Assembly (NCBI GenBank): GCA_051942245.1
Contig: JAVECL010000062.1
Span: 1-64,000, forward strand
Length of the DNA: 64,000 bases
From: Trypethelium eluteriae
Taxonomy: Eukaryota
Reading direction: 5' to 3'
The position numbers and the translations under genes were made by a program. A model generated the notes under the pieces. It had not been told where the DNA came from and made no database searches. It worked only from the letters and a program-made list of their open reading frames with translations. Shown one piece after another: positions 61,371 through 64,000 of this stretch (position 1 is the first letter of the stretch; every line of letters starts with the position of its first letter).

Positions 61371-62318
61371 ATGGCAGAACCTGTTGGATTGGCGCTGGGA
61401 GCTGTTGCTTTGGCTTCTTTGTTCTCAACTTGCGTCGAGCTAATGGAATATTTCGAATTAAGTAAGAGCTACGAGTACGATTACGAGCTAGCTTGTTTGA
61501 AATTATCCTTGCTCAAGGCTCGACTGGACACCTGGGGCCGGACCGTCGATGTGAACAACGGAGGCCAGGAAGATACAGAAGTACGGGAGCAATGGTCCAG
61601 TGAAAAGGATGTGGTTCACAAAAGCCTGCAGGGTATTGCCGGTATCTTTGGTGATGCTGAGCAGCTGAAAAGCAAGTATAGTGTGCTACCCCGCAAATGG
61701 AGGTTCAAGGCCTCGCTGTACCGAAGCGGCCCAGCTCGAGCTATCCAAGGTAAGCCCGGACGTCGACTCCTGGGCCATTGTTGCAATATCTCGTTGGTTC
61801 GGCGTTCAACTTCTTGGGCAATCCGCGATAAAGGGAAATTTGACATTCTGATTAACGACCTTGAATTCTTCATATCAAACCTGGAAGCCGTTTCGCTGCG
61901 ATTATACACTGCTTCCATCTCTTCACCACAAATGAACAACAAAGGATCTGAGCCACAGTCAGTCAGTGGTGCTAATCGAGGTGCTCGTCGAACAAGCTCT
62001 CAAGCTTCACGACCGATTATGGCGGAGCGCAAAGACTCCCATCAGTTCACGGAGGAAGTGCCCAGCACGACATCGGATGGCCAACCCAAGTCCAGAGTGC
62101 ACTCAGAAGAAGGATACGATTGGCTCGTTGAGAGGATGGAAGACCGCTCACGAGTATTTCAAGGAAGCGTTGATGGAGCGAAACTTGAACCGGCTCCAAA
62201 GGGGCAAGTTGTGTCTTATCGTGTTGGAGTCACGAAGGGCGAGGCTAGAGTGGTGGGCGGAGTTATGAAAAGCACGGATTTCCACTCATTCATCAACGGT
62301 GGTGCTCAAGCACCCTAA
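61371..62318 (+). CDS. HET-S-like HeLo-domain cell-death effector with a two-repeat C-terminal prion-forming domain
   Basis: MAEPVGLALGAVALASLFSTCVELMEYF...DYELACLKLSLLKARLDTWG...WAIRDKGKFDILINDL is HeLo-type. C-terminal repeats RMEDRSRVFQGSV and VTKGEARVVGG resemble HET-s R1 and R2. Confidence 0.88.
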   Translation: MAEPVGLALGAVALASLFSTCVELMEYFELSKSYEYDYELACLKLSLLKARLDTWGRTVDVNNGGQEDTEVREQWSSEKDVVHKSLQGIAGIFGDAEQLKSKYSVLPRKWRFKASLYRSGPARAIQGKPGRRLLGHCCNISLVRRSTSWAIRDKGKFDILINDLEFFISNLEAVSLRLYTASISSPQMNNKGSEPQSVSGANRGARRTSSQASRPIMAERKDSHQFTEEVPSTTSDGQPKSRVHSEEGYDWLVERMEDRSRVFQGSVDGAKLEPAPKGQVVSYRVGVTKGEARVVGGVMKSTDFHSFINGGAQAP

Positions 62319-62345
62319 ACTCTACGCATGTAGAGGTCAATTGCG

Positions 62346-62489
62346 TACCTTACCGCGGAGGGGGGTTCCTCAACTGGTATTTGATACAATATTATTCAAC
62401 CTTACTGTTATGATCTTGTTGGCCTATTTTGACGCCGCACAACATTGTATTAATCATCAGTTGAGGAACCCACCGACCGCGGTAAGGCA
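62346..62489. mobile_element. Palindromic MITE, copy 3 (internally deleted)
   Basis: TA-CCTTACCGCGGAGGGGGGTTCCTCAACTGGTA...CAGTTGAGGAACCCACCGACCGCGGTAAGG-CA; about 40 bp shorter than the other copies. Confidence 0.85.
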
Positions 62490-63812
62490 GCTTTTCCAAG
62501 CTCTTCAACATCCTTGTGTCAGCACGAACGCTTCCTTACGCGGGACTTATGATCTTCTACACGTTTTCGATTCGACCATCGAGTTCCGTCTATTACTCCA
62601 AATCTCAAAGGACGCGACTATTTCTCAGTAATTGCCTGTCTCCTAGGCTCTTCCAAGCCCAGCTTCCGCAATGCCGTCCTTCGAATACGCGTCACAATTG
62701 ACCGAAATGACTATAATTGGAAAGTGGAAGTTATCCTCGCTAGGTCCATTAGAACCTTAGCAGTCCTTTCATTTTGTGCGAAATGGCGTGTACGGTCAAG
62801 AACGGCACAACTGAGTTTAGTTTGGAAGCACGATAAATAGCCAATATCCAAGGGGAACTCGCTTGTCTGAACAACATGCTAAGGACCAATTCGGGATGGT
62901 CGGTCTCAATCAAATAAATCCACAGCTTTCAAATACTTATTATTCTGAAATTTACATTCGTTATTCATCACAAAAAATCCACTTCTTGTAACCGACAGAT
63001 AATAAGCATACAAGCACGGTAAGGGTGATAGTATGTTAGGGCTGCTGATAGAGATCAGTACTGTATCTTTTCATAAGTGGCCCCTGTTCTGTGACACTGG
63101 GCCGAAGCTTCGATATCTCTACCAACGATGACGATTTTACACTGAGTTTGGTTAACCCAAGCCGTACGATATATTCCTCGGAGGAGGCACATAGTAGTGA
63201 TCGACAAAGTCGCCTTCGGACAGTAGTAGAAAACGAACTTAGGGCAGGTTGGAATAGAATTGATGGGAACGTCAAATTTTTTGGAATCCTGAGATAAAGA
63301 ATGAAGGGTGTGTTCGACTACAACAGATGTGGATAAGGTCGCTACACAGGGTACTTCGGATGCAGATCTTCTTGTTGAAAGTCTTTGAGCCCCTTGCTTG
63401 GAATTAATATGAAGTTTGGCCTAACAGTAAACCATCATTGTAAACAATTACTGCTCGCCCTGAAGCAAGCTCAGATCATCTAGAAGGTACATCAGTTTTC
63501 CATCGGTACAACGAAGTGTTGCTTTCCACGCGGTGGGGTTTCTCAGAACAGCAAAAATCTCAGTACTGAAAGTTCACCAACACCATTCCTTTCCTTCGTA
63601 GACCGACTCTGATATCTAGTGAGGCTCTTAAAGAAAGAGGTCAAGAGAGGTGTATTGGGAAATACAATAATGCTTTCGGATTTTTGTACGAGAAGTTAGA
63701 GTAGGAGCTTGGACCACCTGGAATTTAAAATCGGAGGGGCACGAGAGGCATTTCGATCTTGGTTACTACTCCAACAGAGACACAGAATGTCTCGGTGACG
63801 GATATCAGATCT

Positions 63813-64000
63813 ATGGAGCTCTCTAGCAACTGGAAGGCGCTGCAGAAGAAGCTCCAGAAAGAGAATAAACCTCTTCACGAACCCATCAAGCGAAAAAGAC
63901 CCAATGATGGACCCAGTTTCCTACGCAAACGAATAAGTACTACCACTACACGATCAGCGCCGCCCTCGAAGAGGTTCAAAACGGAACGATCTACGTCGAT
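63813..64000 (+). CDS. REX4: Probable RNA exonuclease 4, 5' end, truncated by the window
   Basis: MELSSNWKALQKKLQ followed by a basic segment; the LSSNWK N-terminus is typical of fungal Rex4. The catalytic domain is not visible. Confidence 0.65.
   Translation, partial: MELSSNWKALQKKLQKENKPLHEPIKRKRPNDGPSFLRKRISTTTTRSAPPSKRFKTERSTS

Noticed and set aside
54000..64000. A canonical NLR (NACHT/NB-ARC) partner for the HeLo gene
   Set aside because: No GxxGxGKS/T P-loop or long repeat-containing ORF is visible near the HeLo gene. One elsewhere in the genome cannot be excluded.
1..64000. tRNA, 5S rRNA, TPP riboswitch or CRISPR array
   Set aside because: No convincing match seen by eye. tRNAscan-SE and Infernal would be needed to exclude them formally.

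Overview
Gene-dense window from a filamentous ascomycete (Pezizomycotina), with short GT-AG introns and CTRAC-type branch sites. Conserved genes: PI31 3' end, an LRR protein, a C2H2 transcription factor, a ~17-exon TRP/Yvc1-like channel, BUB3/GPN2 head-to-head, a DUF3112-like membrane protein, an SDR, URB1, a GH-like secreted protein, a DHA1 MFS transporter, an AA9 LPMO with CBM18, NDUFS4/ATP17 head-to-head, a PRRC2-like protein and the REX4 5' end. Two accessory islands interrupt them. The first (~41-46 kb) holds an F-box gene, a nonsense-mutated APH-family gene and MITE copies. The second (~54.9-62.5 kb) looks like a cell-death/innate-immunity island. Its main feature is a divergent pair: a HET-S-like HeLo protein with two C-terminal HET-s-type amyloid repeats (61371-62318), and a spliced 266-aa partner (60006-60872, split in the ORF track). 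The partner has a matching single N-terminal repeat, but it is fused to a small PemK/MazF-like domain rather than an NLR. This suggests a candidate NLR-independent amyloid signalling module. The pair is bracketed by two copies of a ~184-bp palindromic MITE and lies next to a pseudogenised HeLo-like/ankyrin gene. All calls come from reading the sequence by eye; no searches were run.
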